From: Clostridia bacterium
GTDB lineage: Bacteria > Bacillota > Clostridia > Christensenellales > CAG-314
DNA: 43,334 nucleotides
Reading direction: 5' to 3'
Assembly: GCA_036653075.1 (NCBI GenBank)
Contig: JAVVUQ010000002.1
Span: 1 to 43,334 of the forward strand
A program made the position numbers and the translations under genes. Under the pieces are notes generated by a model. The model was not told the origin of the DNA. It saw only the letters and a program-made list of their open reading frames with translations, and made no database searches. Shown here in pieces: positions 29,993-40,673 of the stretch. Numbering within the stretch: position 1 is the first letter of the stretch; each line of letters begins with the position of its first letter.

Positions 29993-31357
29993 TTAAATAA
30001 TATCACTAACTGTTTCGCCCATTAAATCATATTCGTTGTAACCTGTAATTTTTACTTGAACAGTTTCACTAACTTTCAATTTTGTATTTGATGTAATTTC
30101 TACAAATCCATCAATATCTGGGGCATTTTCATACGTTCTACCTTTATAAATATAGAGCTTACTTGTTTTATCAATTAATTCATCTACTGTAACTGATATA
30201 ATTTTATCCACTTTCGCTTTATTTCGAGCCTTGCTTATTTCAGCTTGAATATGACTAACGATACTTATACGCTTTTTAATGTCAAAAGGTTTTACTCTCT
30301 TTTTTAATTGCGCCGAAGGTGTTCCTTCTTCCAAACTGTAACTAAAAAATCCTGCGTTTGTAAATTTCATTTCATATAAAAAACGACTTAAAATATTCAC
30401 GTCTTCTTCAGTTTCAGTTGGAAATCCTACAATAAATGTAGTTCTTATAGCAATTTCAGGCATCGCGGTTCTTAATTTGTTAAATAAATTACGTAAACTT
30501 TCATTTGTGGAACGTCTTCCCATCAATTTTAAAATTCTATCGCTTGCGTGTTGAATCGGTATATCTAAATATTTTACAATTTTATCATTAGAACGCATCA
30601 TTTCTATAAATCTATCATCAATTCTTTCTGGGTAACAATATAATAACCGTATTTTTTCAATTCCAGGTATCATACACAATCTATCAATTAAATCGGAAAT
30701 AGAATATCTGCCATATAAATCAACACCATAATTTGTTACGTCTTGAGCAACCAAAATTAACTCACGAATGCCTTGAATAACTAACATCTCTGCTTCGCAA
30801 GCTAAATTTTCAATCGTATATGACCTGTATTTTCCTCTAATACTTGGAATCATACAGTAAGTGCATTTATTATTACAACCATCAGCAATTTTCAAATACG
30901 CATACTGCTTAGTTGTTAAAATTCTTTCTTTTCCACTTAGCTCCTCGCCCATACTACAATCAATAATTCTTTCATCTTCGTTGAGCAACTTAGCAATTAT
31001 TTTATCTATATTTTTATATTGTGATACCCCTAAAAAACAATCAATTTCTGGAATTTCATCTTTAATTTCTTCCAAATATTTTTGCGGCAAGCATCCAGTA
31101 ACAACTAATTTCTTGCATTTTCCTTTTGTTTTATATTCAGCCATTTCCAAAATAGTATTAATTGATTCTTTTCGCGCTGGTAAAATAAATGCGCACGTGT
31201 TTACAATGATAATATCTGCATTTTCTGCTTTTGCTGTTATTCCATATCCGCTTTGCTTCAAGACAAAAAGCATTTTTTCTGTATCTACACGATTTTTATC
31301 GCAACCAAGCGACACTACACCTATTATTATTTGTTTATCTTCATTTGCAATATCCAT
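29993..31357 (-). CDS. rimO: Ribosomal protein S12 methylthiotransferase RimO
   Basis: N-terminal SLGCDKNRVDTE, radical-SAM CNNKCTYC motif and a C-terminal TRAM domain. Conserved position upstream of pgsA. Confidence 0.88.
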   Translation of the reverse strand: MDIANEDKQIIIGVVSLGCDKNRVDTEKMLFVLKQSGYGITAKAENADIIIVNTCAFILPARKESINTILEMAEYKTKGKCKKLVVTGCLPQKYLEEIKDEIPEIDCFLGVSQYKNIDKIIAKLLNEDERIIDCSMGEELSGKERILTTKQYAYLKIADGCNNKCTYCMIPSIRGKYRSYTIENLACEAEMLVIQGIRELILVAQDVTNYGVDLYGRYSISDLIDRLCMIPGIEKIRLLYCYPERIDDRFIEMMRSNDKIVKYLDIPIQHASDRILKLMGRRSTNESLRNLFNKLRTAMPEIAIRTTFIVGFPTETEEDVNILSRFLYEMKFTNAGFFSYSLEEGTPSAQLKKRVKPFDIKKRISIVSHIQAEISKARNKAKVDKIISVTVDELIDKTSKLYIYKGRTYENAPDIDGFVEITSNTKLKVSETVQVKITGYNEYDLMGETVSDII

Positions 31358-31472
31358 TTACTACACCATACTTTAATTATTATTTACACATAACTTACTA
31401 TAAATAACAATTTTTATTTTATTTCGTTCATATAATTAATCTTTTTATCTTTCATAGTATTGTATTCGATTA

Positions 31473-34400
31473 TTAAATTTCACCATATTCATCGCCATAA
31501 GTTTCGTTAAATTGTTCTTTTGTAAATAATACGATTCGAGGCTTATTTGTTTCTTGTTTTCCTACATAACCTCTTAATTCCATAGCTTCAACTAAATTTC
31601 CCGCTCGTCCAAAACCTATTTTAAATTTACGTTGAATCATTGAGATTGACGCTGTTCCAGTAGTTATAGCAAGTTTTAAAGCTTCTACAAAATACGGGTC
31701 ATTTTCTCTACTGTTTTCACTTTCCGCATTGTTTCCTTTTTCTGATTCAGATTTTTTTGCTTCATTTATTAACTTTTCCGCTTCTTCATTATAATGACAT
31801 TCATTATTAGATTTTATATAATCTACTATTGCTCTAACTTCGCCACCACTAACATATGCGCCTTGTAAACGCTGAGTAGCTCCATCTTTTTGATAAAGCA
31901 TATCTCCTTTTCCTGATAATTTTTCTGGCCCTCCCGTATCAAATATAGTTTTACTATCATTTGCAGAAACCACCTTTAAAGCTAATCTCGCAGGTAAATT
32001 CGACTTGATTGTACCAGTTATTACATCTACGCTTGGTCTTTGCGTTGCCAATACAACGTGTATTCCAGCAGCTCTCGCTTTTTGTGTTAATCTCAGAATT
32101 TTTCCCTCTAATTCTGGCTTATTATAAGACATTAAATCACTTAATTCGTCGACGACAAGAACAATTCTTGGTATAGGTTCATAAATGTTTTTGTCTATCA
32201 TTTGGTTATATTCACCAATATTTTTTACGTGACACTCACTAAATATTGCATAACGCCTTTCCATTTCATTTACTAACCAACTGAAAGCGTTTAAAGCTTT
32301 CTCTGAAGTAACTAACGGCTTAGGCATAAGCATATGCGGCATATCGATATAATCATTAAATTCAACTCGTTTAGGGTCAACTAAGATAAATCGTAATTCC
32401 TCTGGCGAATATTTATACATTAAACTTATAATTAATGAATTTAAACATACGCTTTTACCATAACCTGTTGAACCGCCCAAAAGTAGATGTGGCATATCGC
32501 CCAAATCTGGCGCTACGCATTTTCCTTGAATATTGATACCTAAGGCAAATCTCAAATCTCCTCGTACTTTAAATTCGGTTGAATCGATTACAGTTTTTAA
32601 ATAAACGTTTGTTTTGTTTTTTAAAGGTATTTCTATGCCAAACAAATTTTTGCCTTGAATTTGTGATATTATGCGTAATGGTCCGCTTGCGCTAACGTGT
32701 CTTGCTATGTCTTCTTGAATAGCGTTAACACTTTTAATTGGAACGCCTGGAGCTAATTCCATTTCATATAAAGCTACTGATGCGCTTGAAATTATGTTTT
32801 TAACATTAGCTTTAATTCTATATTCTGCTAAAGTTTGCTCTAAAGCGATTCCTGTTTCGTTTAATTCTTTAGTTAAATTTTCCGCATTTATGGCAGCTGG
32901 CGGATTTTGAAGTAGAGATAGAGGCGGCGCTTTATAAGCTTTTGGTTTATATGTGCGTAACACCAAAGTGCTATCAGAATCTATTTCAGTAACTGACATT
33001 TGCACACCGCTACCATTTCCCGTATTTACTTGTTTTCCACCCATTATCGCAACTGTTTTTTGACGAATAGGCGTAGCTTCAACAGCATTTTTTATCGTCG
33101 AATCTACTTGCTTTTCTGCGATAGCTTTATCTATAATATTATCCTCTATGGCATTATCAAAAATATCTATCATATCAGAAGAATTATTATTATTTTTATC
33201 ATCTTTTTGTATATCATAAGTTAAATTATCAAATGCAGTTATAATAGGATTTCTATCATTATTTAAGTTATCGTCAACTATTTCTTCGTAACCATATTTA
33301 TTTATTATAGTTTTTTTAGGTTGAACATTCTTATCTTTTTTATATTTTTCACAATATTCATCGCCATTTATTATAGGAGGAAGGTCAAGATTTTCCTTAA
33401 TATCCGATTCTTTATACTTTAATAAATCCTTATTTTCAGAAACTTCAGGTTTTCTACGTGAATCGTCGGGATATGGATTTGCGCTAAAAATATTTGATAT
33501 ATTCAGAGTTCTTGTACTTTTTTGTTGTAACTCTCCATTATCCAAACTGTTAAATGGCTTAGAAATAGGATTTTCGTGTATAATCTTAGGTGGGCGTACT
33601 CCATCTTGCGAATTAGAAAATGCTGACATTTCAGCTGTTCTTATCGTATTATTGCCGCCATTTACTCTTTGGTCATCTTCATAACTTCGAGTATACGACG
33701 CTTTTTCAGACATCTCCTTCATCTTTCTTTGTTTTTCGCCAATTCCTAAAGCTTCTTTAGGAAAAAGCATTTCTCGTGCGCCATCGGCGCTAATTTCAGA
33801 ATTATCTAAAGAAAAGTTCTTATTAAAATCGCCATATAACGTATCTTTCGCTACTTTCTTAGGTATAGTATCATTATTATTGTCATTATTATCTTTATCT
33901 GTTTTGAACAATCGAGGATTAGGGATAACAATGGTTTCGTTAGGAAAATGAGCCATTCGAGCATTTTCGTTTGATTTTTCGATAACGCTGTCCACAGAAA
34001 CGTCTTTATTTTCTTCTTTTTTTAATGGCTTAATATTATTGTCATTTTTTGTTTTAATTATTTCATTACTATTTTTTTTATTAACTTTTTCTTTTTCATT
34101 GACATTTCTATATAATTTAAATTCTTTATTTATTATACAATTTGATGCAAAAAATAAAGTAACGCCTAAAGTTCCAATATATACAATATAACTACCTAAA
34201 ACACCAATATACTTATAAAGCGGATAAATTAATAACCCACAAAATGCTCCGCCAAAAGTTGTTATCGACATATTGTAACAAGCGGTTAAATAAGTTCCGT
34301 ATGAATATGACTTGTCCATAATAAGTGGCAATCCATCCATTCCACGTGATGTTATTAAATGAATAAGTAAAACAATAGACACAGCCATTACTGTAAAATT

Positions 34401-34646
34401 GACGATGTATCCTTTTTTTATTTGTATTTTATATCCAATCAAAAATAGCAAGCTAATAATAAGCGCTACAATTGATAAAATATACGATGAAACGCCAAAA
34501 ATGCCTATTATTAAATTAGCGAATAGCAAGACTAATCCGCCAAAAGCATTTTTTCCAAATAAGCATACCGAAATAAGCAAAAAAAGAATAGTTGCTAATA
34601 AGCTGACAATAAACTTATGATTTTGTTTTGTATTCTTTACTGCCAT
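31473..34646 (-). CDS. ftsK: DNA translocase FtsK/SpoIIIE
   Basis: N-terminal multi-TM domain, then a roughly 400-aa Asn/Asp/Lys-rich linker. Motor domain with Walker A GGSTGYGKS and Walker B LVVDEL. C-terminal gamma winged-helix (ISMIQRKFKIGFGRAGNLVEAME). Confidence 0.9.
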   Translation of the reverse strand: MAVKNTKQNHKFIVSLLATILFLLISVCLFGKNAFGGLVLLFANLIIGIFGVSSYILSIVALIISLLFLIGYKIQIKKGYIVNFTVMAVSIVLLIHLITSRGMDGLPLIMDKSYSYGTYLTACYNMSITTFGGAFCGLLIYPLYKYIGVLGSYIVYIGTLGVTLFFASNCIINKEFKLYRNVNEKEKVNKKNSNEIIKTKNDNNIKPLKKEENKDVSVDSVIEKSNENARMAHFPNETIVIPNPRLFKTDKDNNDNNNDTIPKKVAKDTLYGDFNKNFSLDNSEISADGAREMLFPKEALGIGEKQRKMKEMSEKASYTRSYEDDQRVNGGNNTIRTAEMSAFSNSQDGVRPPKIIHENPISKPFNSLDNGELQQKSTRTLNISNIFSANPYPDDSRRKPEVSENKDLLKYKESDIKENLDLPPIINGDEYCEKYKKDKNVQPKKTIINKYGYEEIVDDNLNNDRNPIITAFDNLTYDIQKDDKNNNNSSDMIDIFDNAIEDNIIDKAIAEKQVDSTIKNAVEATPIRQKTVAIMGGKQVNTGNGSGVQMSVTEIDSDSTLVLRTYKPKAYKAPPLSLLQNPPAAINAENLTKELNETGIALEQTLAEYRIKANVKNIISSASVALYEMELAPGVPIKSVNAIQEDIARHVSASGPLRIISQIQGKNLFGIEIPLKNKTNVYLKTVIDSTEFKVRGDLRFALGINIQGKCVAPDLGDMPHLLLGGSTGYGKSVCLNSLIISLMYKYSPEELRFILVDPKRVEFNDYIDMPHMLMPKPLVTSEKALNAFSWLVNEMERRYAIFSECHVKNIGEYNQMIDKNIYEPIPRIVLVVDELSDLMSYNKPELEGKILRLTQKARAAGIHVVLATQRPSVDVITGTIKSNLPARLALKVVSANDSKTIFDTGGPEKLSGKGDMLYQKDGATQRLQGAYVSGGEVRAIVDYIKSNNECHYNEEAEKLINEAKKSESEKGNNAESENSRENDPYFVEALKLAITTGTASISMIQRKFKIGFGRAGNLVEAMELRGYVGKQETNKPRIVLFTKEQFNETYGDEYGEI

Positions 34647-34848
34647 TATGACTCTCCTAAGTAATTGACAATTGTTAATGGTTATAATAATTTATACTTT
34701 ATATATATTTAGAGTAAAACGTATTAAATATACAATACGCCACTCGCTTGGTTATTAATATTATACCACTGTATAATTCATATGTCAATGGTTGTAAAAA
34801 TTTAATCAATTTATTATAACGTAACATAACATATTTTAAAATAGAAAA

Positions 34849-36120
34849 TCACTTATTGGTTTTAAGCAATTTTAATAAATCTGTTCTAATAGCTTTGCCA
34901 ACATAAGCAAGCGAATAATTATTTACATCTAATAATTTATTTATAGACTGCATAATATCTTCATTCGTTACAGCTTCAGTTTTTTCAATTCTCTCTTTAA
35001 TATCTAATAATTCGCCTGTTCTAATAGCGTATCCGCCGTATAAAGTAGCGACGGTTATAGAATTTTCTAACGCTAATAACATTGCGCCTTTATATTGTTC
35101 TTTACCACGTTTTAGTTCTTCTTGCGTAACACCTTCCAACTTTAATTTATTTATCTCATCTTTTAATGCAATTATAGCAGTTTTAACTTTTTTAGGACTT
35201 GTCCCGACATAAATTTCAAAATAACCATTATTATTATAAGCTGATAAATATGAGAAAACAGAATAACATAATCCTTGTTTTTCTCTTAACGCTTGAAATA
35301 ATCTGCTGGACATTCCACCGCCTAAAATATTACTTAGCACGCTATTGGGGAAATTCTCCAAATCACCTAATCCATTTGCTTCACAACCAATACTCACATA
35401 ACATTGTTCCGATTCTTTTATCTTTTTTTTATAAACAGAGTTGGTCGGTTGATGCGCTAATAAATCCTTAGAGGTATCTTTACGCATAGTATTAAAAGCC
35501 ACTAAAAAGTATTTCTCCACATATTCTTGCGCTAATGCTACATCAACATTTCCCGCAATTGAGATACATACATTTTTAGCTACATAATGCTTGTCCATAA
35601 ATGTAATCAATTGCTCTCTTGTAACAGCTTCAATATTTTCTTTAGACCCGATTATCGTTTGTCCTAACGAATTATCTCCGTATAACGCTTCAGCAATTAA
35701 ATCGTGACAAACTTCGTCAGGCATATCATCGCCCATTGTTATTTCTTCAATAATAACCGAACGTTCTCTGTTCATTTCTTCACTATCAAATACGCTATTA
35801 AAAAACATATCAGATAATAAATCTAAACTTCTTTCTAAATGGTTACTTGCTGTTTTTGTATAAAAACAAGTAGAATCTTTAGATGTATACGCATTAAGTT
35901 GTCCTCCAACATTTTCTATTGATTCGCTTATTTCTAATGATGTTCGATAAACCGTGCCTTTAAATAGCATATGCTCAATAAAATGAGAATAACCATTACA
36001 TTCAATTGTTTCCAACGAACTGCCTACATTAACTATTACCGCTGATGATACTGAATATATACCTTCCATCTCTTTTATAACTAAAGTTAATCCATTATCG
36101 TATTTTTTAATTAAATCCAT
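34849..36120 (-). CDS. M16-family zinc peptidase (insulinase-like, YmfH-like)
   Basis: Inverted zinc motif HFIEH followed by LFKGT, 423 aa. TAGGAGA RBS. Confidence 0.8.
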   Translation of the reverse strand: MDLIKKYDNGLTLVIKEMEGIYSVSSAVIVNVGSSLETIECNGYSHFIEHMLFKGTVYRTSLEISESIENVGGQLNAYTSKDSTCFYTKTASNHLERSLDLLSDMFFNSVFDSEEMNRERSVIIEEITMGDDMPDEVCHDLIAEALYGDNSLGQTIIGSKENIEAVTREQLITFMDKHYVAKNVCISIAGNVDVALAQEYVEKYFLVAFNTMRKDTSKDLLAHQPTNSVYKKKIKESEQCYVSIGCEANGLGDLENFPNSVLSNILGGGMSSRLFQALREKQGLCYSVFSYLSAYNNNGYFEIYVGTSPKKVKTAIIALKDEINKLKLEGVTQEELKRGKEQYKGAMLLALENSITVATLYGGYAIRTGELLDIKERIEKTEAVTNEDIMQSINKLLDVNNYSLAYVGKAIRTDLLKLLKTNK

Positions 36121-36145
36121 TCTATTCTCCTAATTTCATAATATT

Positions 36146-36862
36146 CTACTCTATATTCTTGCTAACAATTGTCACATTAAACCCATTTATTTTAAAATAA
36201 TTTAATATCCTACTTAAAGCCTTGTCAGTAGCCTCAGTTGGATGCATTAAAATCAAATCTCCGCCTTTAATTTTTTTAGTGGCTCTATTAAAAATCAATT
36301 CGGCATCTTTATCACGCCAATCGATTGTATCCTTACTCCACATAATGGTTTTATATCCTAAATCTTCCGCCGCTTTCAACGTTTCTTTATTAAATGCGCC
36401 CGACGGAGGAGCAAATAAATTTGTTTTTATGCCAACAACACTTTGAATCATTCTCTCGCTTGCTCTTATTTCTTCATAATTCTGCTTATAATTCATTTTA
36501 TCTTGAGATTTATGAAAATATCCGTGATTAGCAATTTCATTTCCACTTTCATATATGCTTTTTAATAATTGCGGGTATTTTTCTGCCCACATACCTCCAA
36601 TAAAAAATGTTGCTTTAACATTTGCCTTTTTAAGCGTTTCTAACATTGATAGTATGTATTCATTGCCCCAATAAACATTTATCATTATCGAAACATCTTT
36701 ACTCTCAGTCTTTCCTTGATAATATGGTTTTACCATTTGTTCAAAAACAAAAGTGCCTTCTATTTTTCCTGCAAATCCTATCATAAAAACTGAAACTATA
36801 AGCACAGCAATAACTATATTCGCCACAACACCCACAAACATCTTTTCACTTATTTTTTTCAT
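36146..36862 (-). CDS. Polysaccharide deacetylase (NodB-homology, PdaB-like), membrane anchored
   Basis: Signal-anchor helix followed by a NodB domain (ATFFIGGMWAEKYP, IANHGYFH, MHP). The start is moved to Met11 (MKKISEK), which has GGAGG 7 nt upstream. Confidence 0.75.
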   Translation of the reverse strand: MKKISEKMFVGVVANIVIAVLIVSVFMIGFAGKIEGTFVFEQMVKPYYQGKTESKDVSIMINVYWGNEYILSMLETLKKANVKATFFIGGMWAEKYPQLLKSIYESGNEIANHGYFHKSQDKMNYKQNYEEIRASERMIQSVVGIKTNLFAPPSGAFNKETLKAAEDLGYKTIMWSKDTIDWRDKDAELIFNRATKKIKGGDLILMHPTEATDKALSRILNYFKINGFNVTIVSKNIE

Positions 36863-37002
36863 ATAACAACCTCCGCAATAACCAATACTCAATTATTGAA
36901 TCGTTACATTATATGAAACAAAATAATGCTATATACATATCTATCTATTAGTTTTCTATTAGTTTTATTATACTAATGTATAATTATTATAATATTGTAT
37001 AT

Positions 37003-37890
37003 TTATTGAATTAAAAATGCTAATCCTGCGACTGCTGCGAAGGCTATAATTTGACCGCCTAAATAAATCCATATCGTATGACGTCCGCAAAAACAAATGA
37101 ATTTCATATGATTTGTCTTAACTAAAGGAAATAGCGTTTTTTTAGTTTTATAGTGCGTTCTGCCAAACACAGCGCCTAATAAAAAGTATCCTAAGTTTGG
37201 TAATATAGGTTGAAAATCTGCTGTACTTATTTGATTATTCCAAAAAATAAAGCTTTCAAGGCTATTCACATTTTTTGGAATATAAAGTAAATGACTTTCT
37301 AATCCTGAAATCTCATACGCTTTATAACCCCAATTAAAATATTCGCCGACTAAAATAATCGCTACGCTCAACAAAATAAGCGTCCAATTAGGCAATTTAA
37401 CAATGTATTTTTCAATTAATTCAATTAACGCCCAAAACAACACGCAAATTGCTAATACGTGAATTACATTAAAAACAATCGTCATTTCTAATTTTAAAAT
37501 TATGGATATCCAATAGGTGACTATGGTAATAAGCGCTGCTAATACTGCCATTTTAACGCTTCTAATTAAATTACTTTTAGACAATGAACAACTAATGCCT
37601 GATAAAATTATAAAACAATAAACGATAAAAGGTTGAATTACTTCACGCCATTCACAATTCCAATACCAAGTAGCAAAATTTAATATTTTAATTCCAACAA
37701 CAGATGTGAATCTTGAAAAACCATTAACTAACAAGACATCGCATAATGTATGGTCTAATACAACCAAAAAAATACATAACGCTCTAAAAAAATCAATTTC
37801 CCACACTCTTTTCTTGCTTTTTAAAACATCTAATGTTATTTCATTGACGCTATTATCATTCATTTGCTTTGTCATTTCTGCATCACTCAT
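37003..37890 (-). CDS. Polytopic membrane protein, DUF1624 / heparan-alpha-glucosaminide N-acetyltransferase-like
   Basis: RVWEIDFFRALCIFLVVLDH opening motif and about 8 predicted TM helices. AAAGGAG RBS. Confidence 0.6.
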   Translation of the reverse strand: MSDAEMTKQMNDNSVNEITLDVLKSKKRVWEIDFFRALCIFLVVLDHTLCDVLLVNGFSRFTSVVGIKILNFATWYWNCEWREVIQPFIVYCFIILSGISCSLSKSNLIRSVKMAVLAALITIVTYWISIILKLEMTIVFNVIHVLAICVLFWALIELIEKYIVKLPNWTLILLSVAIILVGEYFNWGYKAYEISGLESHLLYIPKNVNSLESFIFWNNQISTADFQPILPNLGYFLLGAVFGRTHYKTKKTLFPLVKTNHMKFICFCGRHTIWIYLGGQIIAFAAVAGLAFLIQ

Positions 37891-38024
37891 CTTTTGCTCC
37901 TTTCTATACGTTTTAACAAATTAATTATTTTTTTAAACCAATCTCTTTGTTTGTATATTTAATATTTTTTTAGATTATTTAAAAGTTTTTGTCTATCTCT
38001 TATATTTTCCAAATAAACATTGCG

Positions 38025-39107
38025 TTATTTAAAAACCTTATCAATGACACCGCCGCCTAAGCAATCTGTTTCATTATAAAAAACCACATATTGACCTTCT
38101 GTCACCGCTCTTTGCAAAGTATCAAATTCAACATATGCTTTATCACCTGCTTCCTCTAATTTTACCTTTACTTTTTGTTCTTCCTGCCTATATCTAAATT
38201 TAGCGAAACATTCAAATTCTGATTCTTCTGATACTTTTGGTATCCAGTTGATTTCAGTAGCGAACAAAGCTTTTGAATCTAAAACGCTTTCGTCGCCGTG
38301 ACTAACTATAAGTCTATTATTTGTCATATCTTTTTCCACTACGAACCAACGATTTTGATTTTCTTTTTCGCCGCCCAAACCTAACCCACGCCGTTGCCCT
38401 ATCGTATAATACATCAAACCAATATGCTCGCCAACAACTTTGCCGTCTATTGTCACTATATCGCCTTTATGATTAGGAAAATAGTTGCTTAAAAATTCTC
38501 TAAAGTTTCTTTCTCCTATAAAACAAATGCCTGTGCTATCCTTCTTTTTTGCCGTACTTAGTCCATATTTCTCCGCAATTGCTCTAACTTCGTTTTTTAC
38601 CATATTTTCCAATGGAAACATAACATCTTTAAGTTGCGTTTGACTAAGTTGATTTAAAAAATAAGTTTGATCTTTATCTTTATCAGCGGCTTTTGTTAAA
38701 TAAGTAAATCCGTTTTTTCTAACTATTCCACAATAATGCCCTGTCGCTATATAATCTGCGCCAAGTGCATAGGCTTGCGTTAAAAATGGTCCAAATTTTA
38801 TTTCTCTATTACATAATACATCAGGATTCGGAGTGCGCCCTTTAGCGTATTCTTCTAAAAAATATTTAAAAACCTTGTCTTTATATTGTTTTGCATAATT
38901 AACTGTATAATATGGTATATTTAATAAATTACATACATTTTTAACATCATCATAATCTGCCTCAGCCGTACAATGTCCGCCACCGTCTTCCTCCTCCCAA
39001 TTGCGCATAAATAACCCTATAACATCGTAACCTTGTTCAACTAATAACGCAGCCGCTACGCTACTATCCACCCCGCCACTCATGGCTAATACTACTTTTT
39101 TTTTCAA
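38025..39107 (-). CDS. mnmA: tRNA-specific 2-thiouridylase MnmA
   Basis: PP-loop VVLAMSGGVDSS and conserved C-terminal barrel. The start codon is TTG (revcomp of caa at 39105..39107), with GAGG 8 nt upstream. The first in-frame ATG would delete part of the PP-loop strand. Confidence 0.92.
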   Translation of the reverse strand: MKKKVVLAMSGGVDSSVAAALLVEQGYDVIGLFMRNWEEEDGGGHCTAEADYDDVKNVCNLLNIPYYTVNYAKQYKDKVFKYFLEEYAKGRTPNPDVLCNREIKFGPFLTQAYALGADYIATGHYCGIVRKNGFTYLTKAADKDKDQTYFLNQLSQTQLKDVMFPLENMVKNEVRAIAEKYGLSTAKKKDSTGICFIGERNFREFLSNYFPNHKGDIVTIDGKVVGEHIGLMYYTIGQRRGLGLGGEKENQNRWFVVEKDMTNNRLIVSHGDESVLDSKALFATEINWIPKVSEESEFECFAKFRYRQEEQKVKVKLEEAGDKAYVEFDTLQRAVTEGQYVVFYNETDCLGGGVIDKVFK

Positions 39108-39120
39108 CTTTACGCCTCGC

Positions 39121-39882
39121 TTATTTTTTGCTGTTTTTTCTCATTTTTATAACTTCTAATATTTTATTTTTACTCTCGTCAATAGCCAAACTATCTAAAT
39201 ATCTTTTTAAACTATGTCTTAAATCTCCTTTTGAAAAAGGAAATATAAAACTACTTTTTTGCTCAAGTTCTTTCAATTCGTTTCTAATACTTGCTTTCAA
39301 ATTGTCATAATGCACGATTACCTTTGATTCTTTTACAAATCCTCGTATCTTACCCAAGACATTCAAGCTTATACCTAAATCGACTATTAGTATACCATAA
39401 AATAAGCCCAACACAAAGCAAAATGTTATATTATTTGCAAACCAATCTAACGCTTGTGTAAAAAGATTATATAATACAAAATAAAATAATGCGCCAAATG
39501 CGAACCAAAACAAGGAAAACAATGGACATATCACGCCTTGAATGTTACCCCATCTGCGTGAATAATCCCATAATTTTACCTTTACAACTTTAGTAAATAA
39601 AATTCCAACAATATATTCAATTAGCGTAACCAATATACACATAGACGTTAATCTAAATACATCTCGCCAAAATGGATTAACAATAAAATCTAACGACGCT
39701 TGCGACATCAAGTAAAACAAACAAATGCCAAATCCATAAATAGGCAAATATGGTCCATTTAAAAATCCCGGGTTTATCCATTTTTTTGTAGAGGAAAAAA
39801 ACCTTCTAAATACTAATTCAATACACCATCCTGACAATGAACCTATAAAAAATAAAAAACATAATTTAAAAAATAAATTCAT
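39121..39882 (-). CDS. Membrane protein, PF06541-like (putative ABC-transporter type IV / DUF1113)
   Basis: FFIGSLSGWCIELVFRRF...INPGFLNGPYLPIYGFG matches my recollection of the family signature. 6-7 TM helices. AGGAG RBS. Only 13 nt upstream of mnmA. Confidence 0.55.
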   Translation of the reverse strand: MNLFFKLCFLFFIGSLSGWCIELVFRRFFSSTKKWINPGFLNGPYLPIYGFGICLFYLMSQASLDFIVNPFWRDVFRLTSMCILVTLIEYIVGILFTKVVKVKLWDYSRRWGNIQGVICPLFSLFWFAFGALFYFVLYNLFTQALDWFANNITFCFVLGLFYGILIVDLGISLNVLGKIRGFVKESKVIVHYDNLKASIRNELKELEQKSSFIFPFSKGDLRHSLKRYLDSLAIDESKNKILEVIKMRKNSKK

Positions 39883-39960
39883 AATATGCTCCTAAGTTAA
39901 GATAATTTTAAAATTAAATTATATATCAAAGCTCAATATCAATTGCTCATTACTTTTTTC

Positions 39961-40020
39961 ATAATTGTACAATAATTATAACAATTGTACAATAATTATA
40001 ACAATTTTACTGTAATTATG
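39961..40020. repeat. Three tandem 20-bp repeats in a divergent promoter region, containing ATTGTACAAT and ATAATTAT palindromes
   Basis: Units are ATAATTGTACAATAATTATA, ACAATTGTACAATAATTATA (19/20 to unit 1) and ACAATTTTACTGTAATTATG (16/20 to unit 2). Read directly from the sequence. Confidence 0.85.
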
Positions 40021-40090
40021 ATGCAACATACACCATTTGCGATTTGAACGCATACTATATGGTATTGTTATTTAACATTTAGGAGGTTAT

Positions 40091-40606
40091 ATGATAAGCG
40101 TACCCACAGAATTTTTCATAAAAGAACCATATCCAGAAATTAAAGGAGCTACAAACGATTCACAAACAGTAATGTATCTCCAAAACATTTATAGTTCATC
40201 TCATAGCGAAAGCACCGCTATTTTAACTTATGTTTATCAACACCTTATAACATCAAAGTTTAACGAACAACTTTCAAATGTCTTTATAGAAATAGGCAAA
40301 GTTGAAATGCGTCACCTTGAATTAATAGGCGAAGCTATTATAGATTTTGGCGGTAATCCGATATTTGCCGATAGTCAAGGCTCTTTTCTTTCAGGCAAAT
40401 GGGTAGATTATTCTACTAACATTGTACAAATGCTCGAAAATGACATAAAAGGCGAAGTGGAAGCCGCAGCTACGTATTTGAAAACCGCCGACGCCGTAAA
40501 AAACGAAAGCTTAAGCAAATTACTAAGACGTATAGCAAAAGACGAAGAACTTCACGCAGAAATTTTAACATCACTTCTTAAGCAAGTACGTTTTTGGATT
40601 GGATAA
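40091..40606 (+). CDS. Ferritin-like di-metal carboxylate protein (rubrerythrin / Mn-catalase / CotJC-like superfamily)
   Basis: Two E-x-x-H motifs (VEMRHLE, DEELHAE) plus additional Glu ligand candidates (SESTA, GEVEAA), arranged as a four-helix bundle. TAGGAGG RBS. Confidence 0.6.
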   Translation: MISVPTEFFIKEPYPEIKGATNDSQTVMYLQNIYSSSHSESTAILTYVYQHLITSKFNEQLSNVFIEIGKVEMRHLELIGEAIIDFGGNPIFADSQGSFLSGKWVDYSTNIVQMLENDIKGEVEAAATYLKTADAVKNESLSKLLRRIAKDEELHAEILTSLLKQVRFWIG

Positions 40607-40632
40607 ATATTTCTTTGCATATTATACTAATT

Positions 40633-40659
40633 ATTCTTATAATGTTAAATTATAAGAAT
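40633..40659. terminator. 11-bp perfect inverted repeat between convergent genes (possible bidirectional terminator)
   Basis: ATTCTTATAAT-GTTAA-ATTATAAGAAT. The stem is AT-rich and the flanks are only moderately T-rich. Confidence 0.4.
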
Positions 40660-40673
40660 TTAATATAATACAT

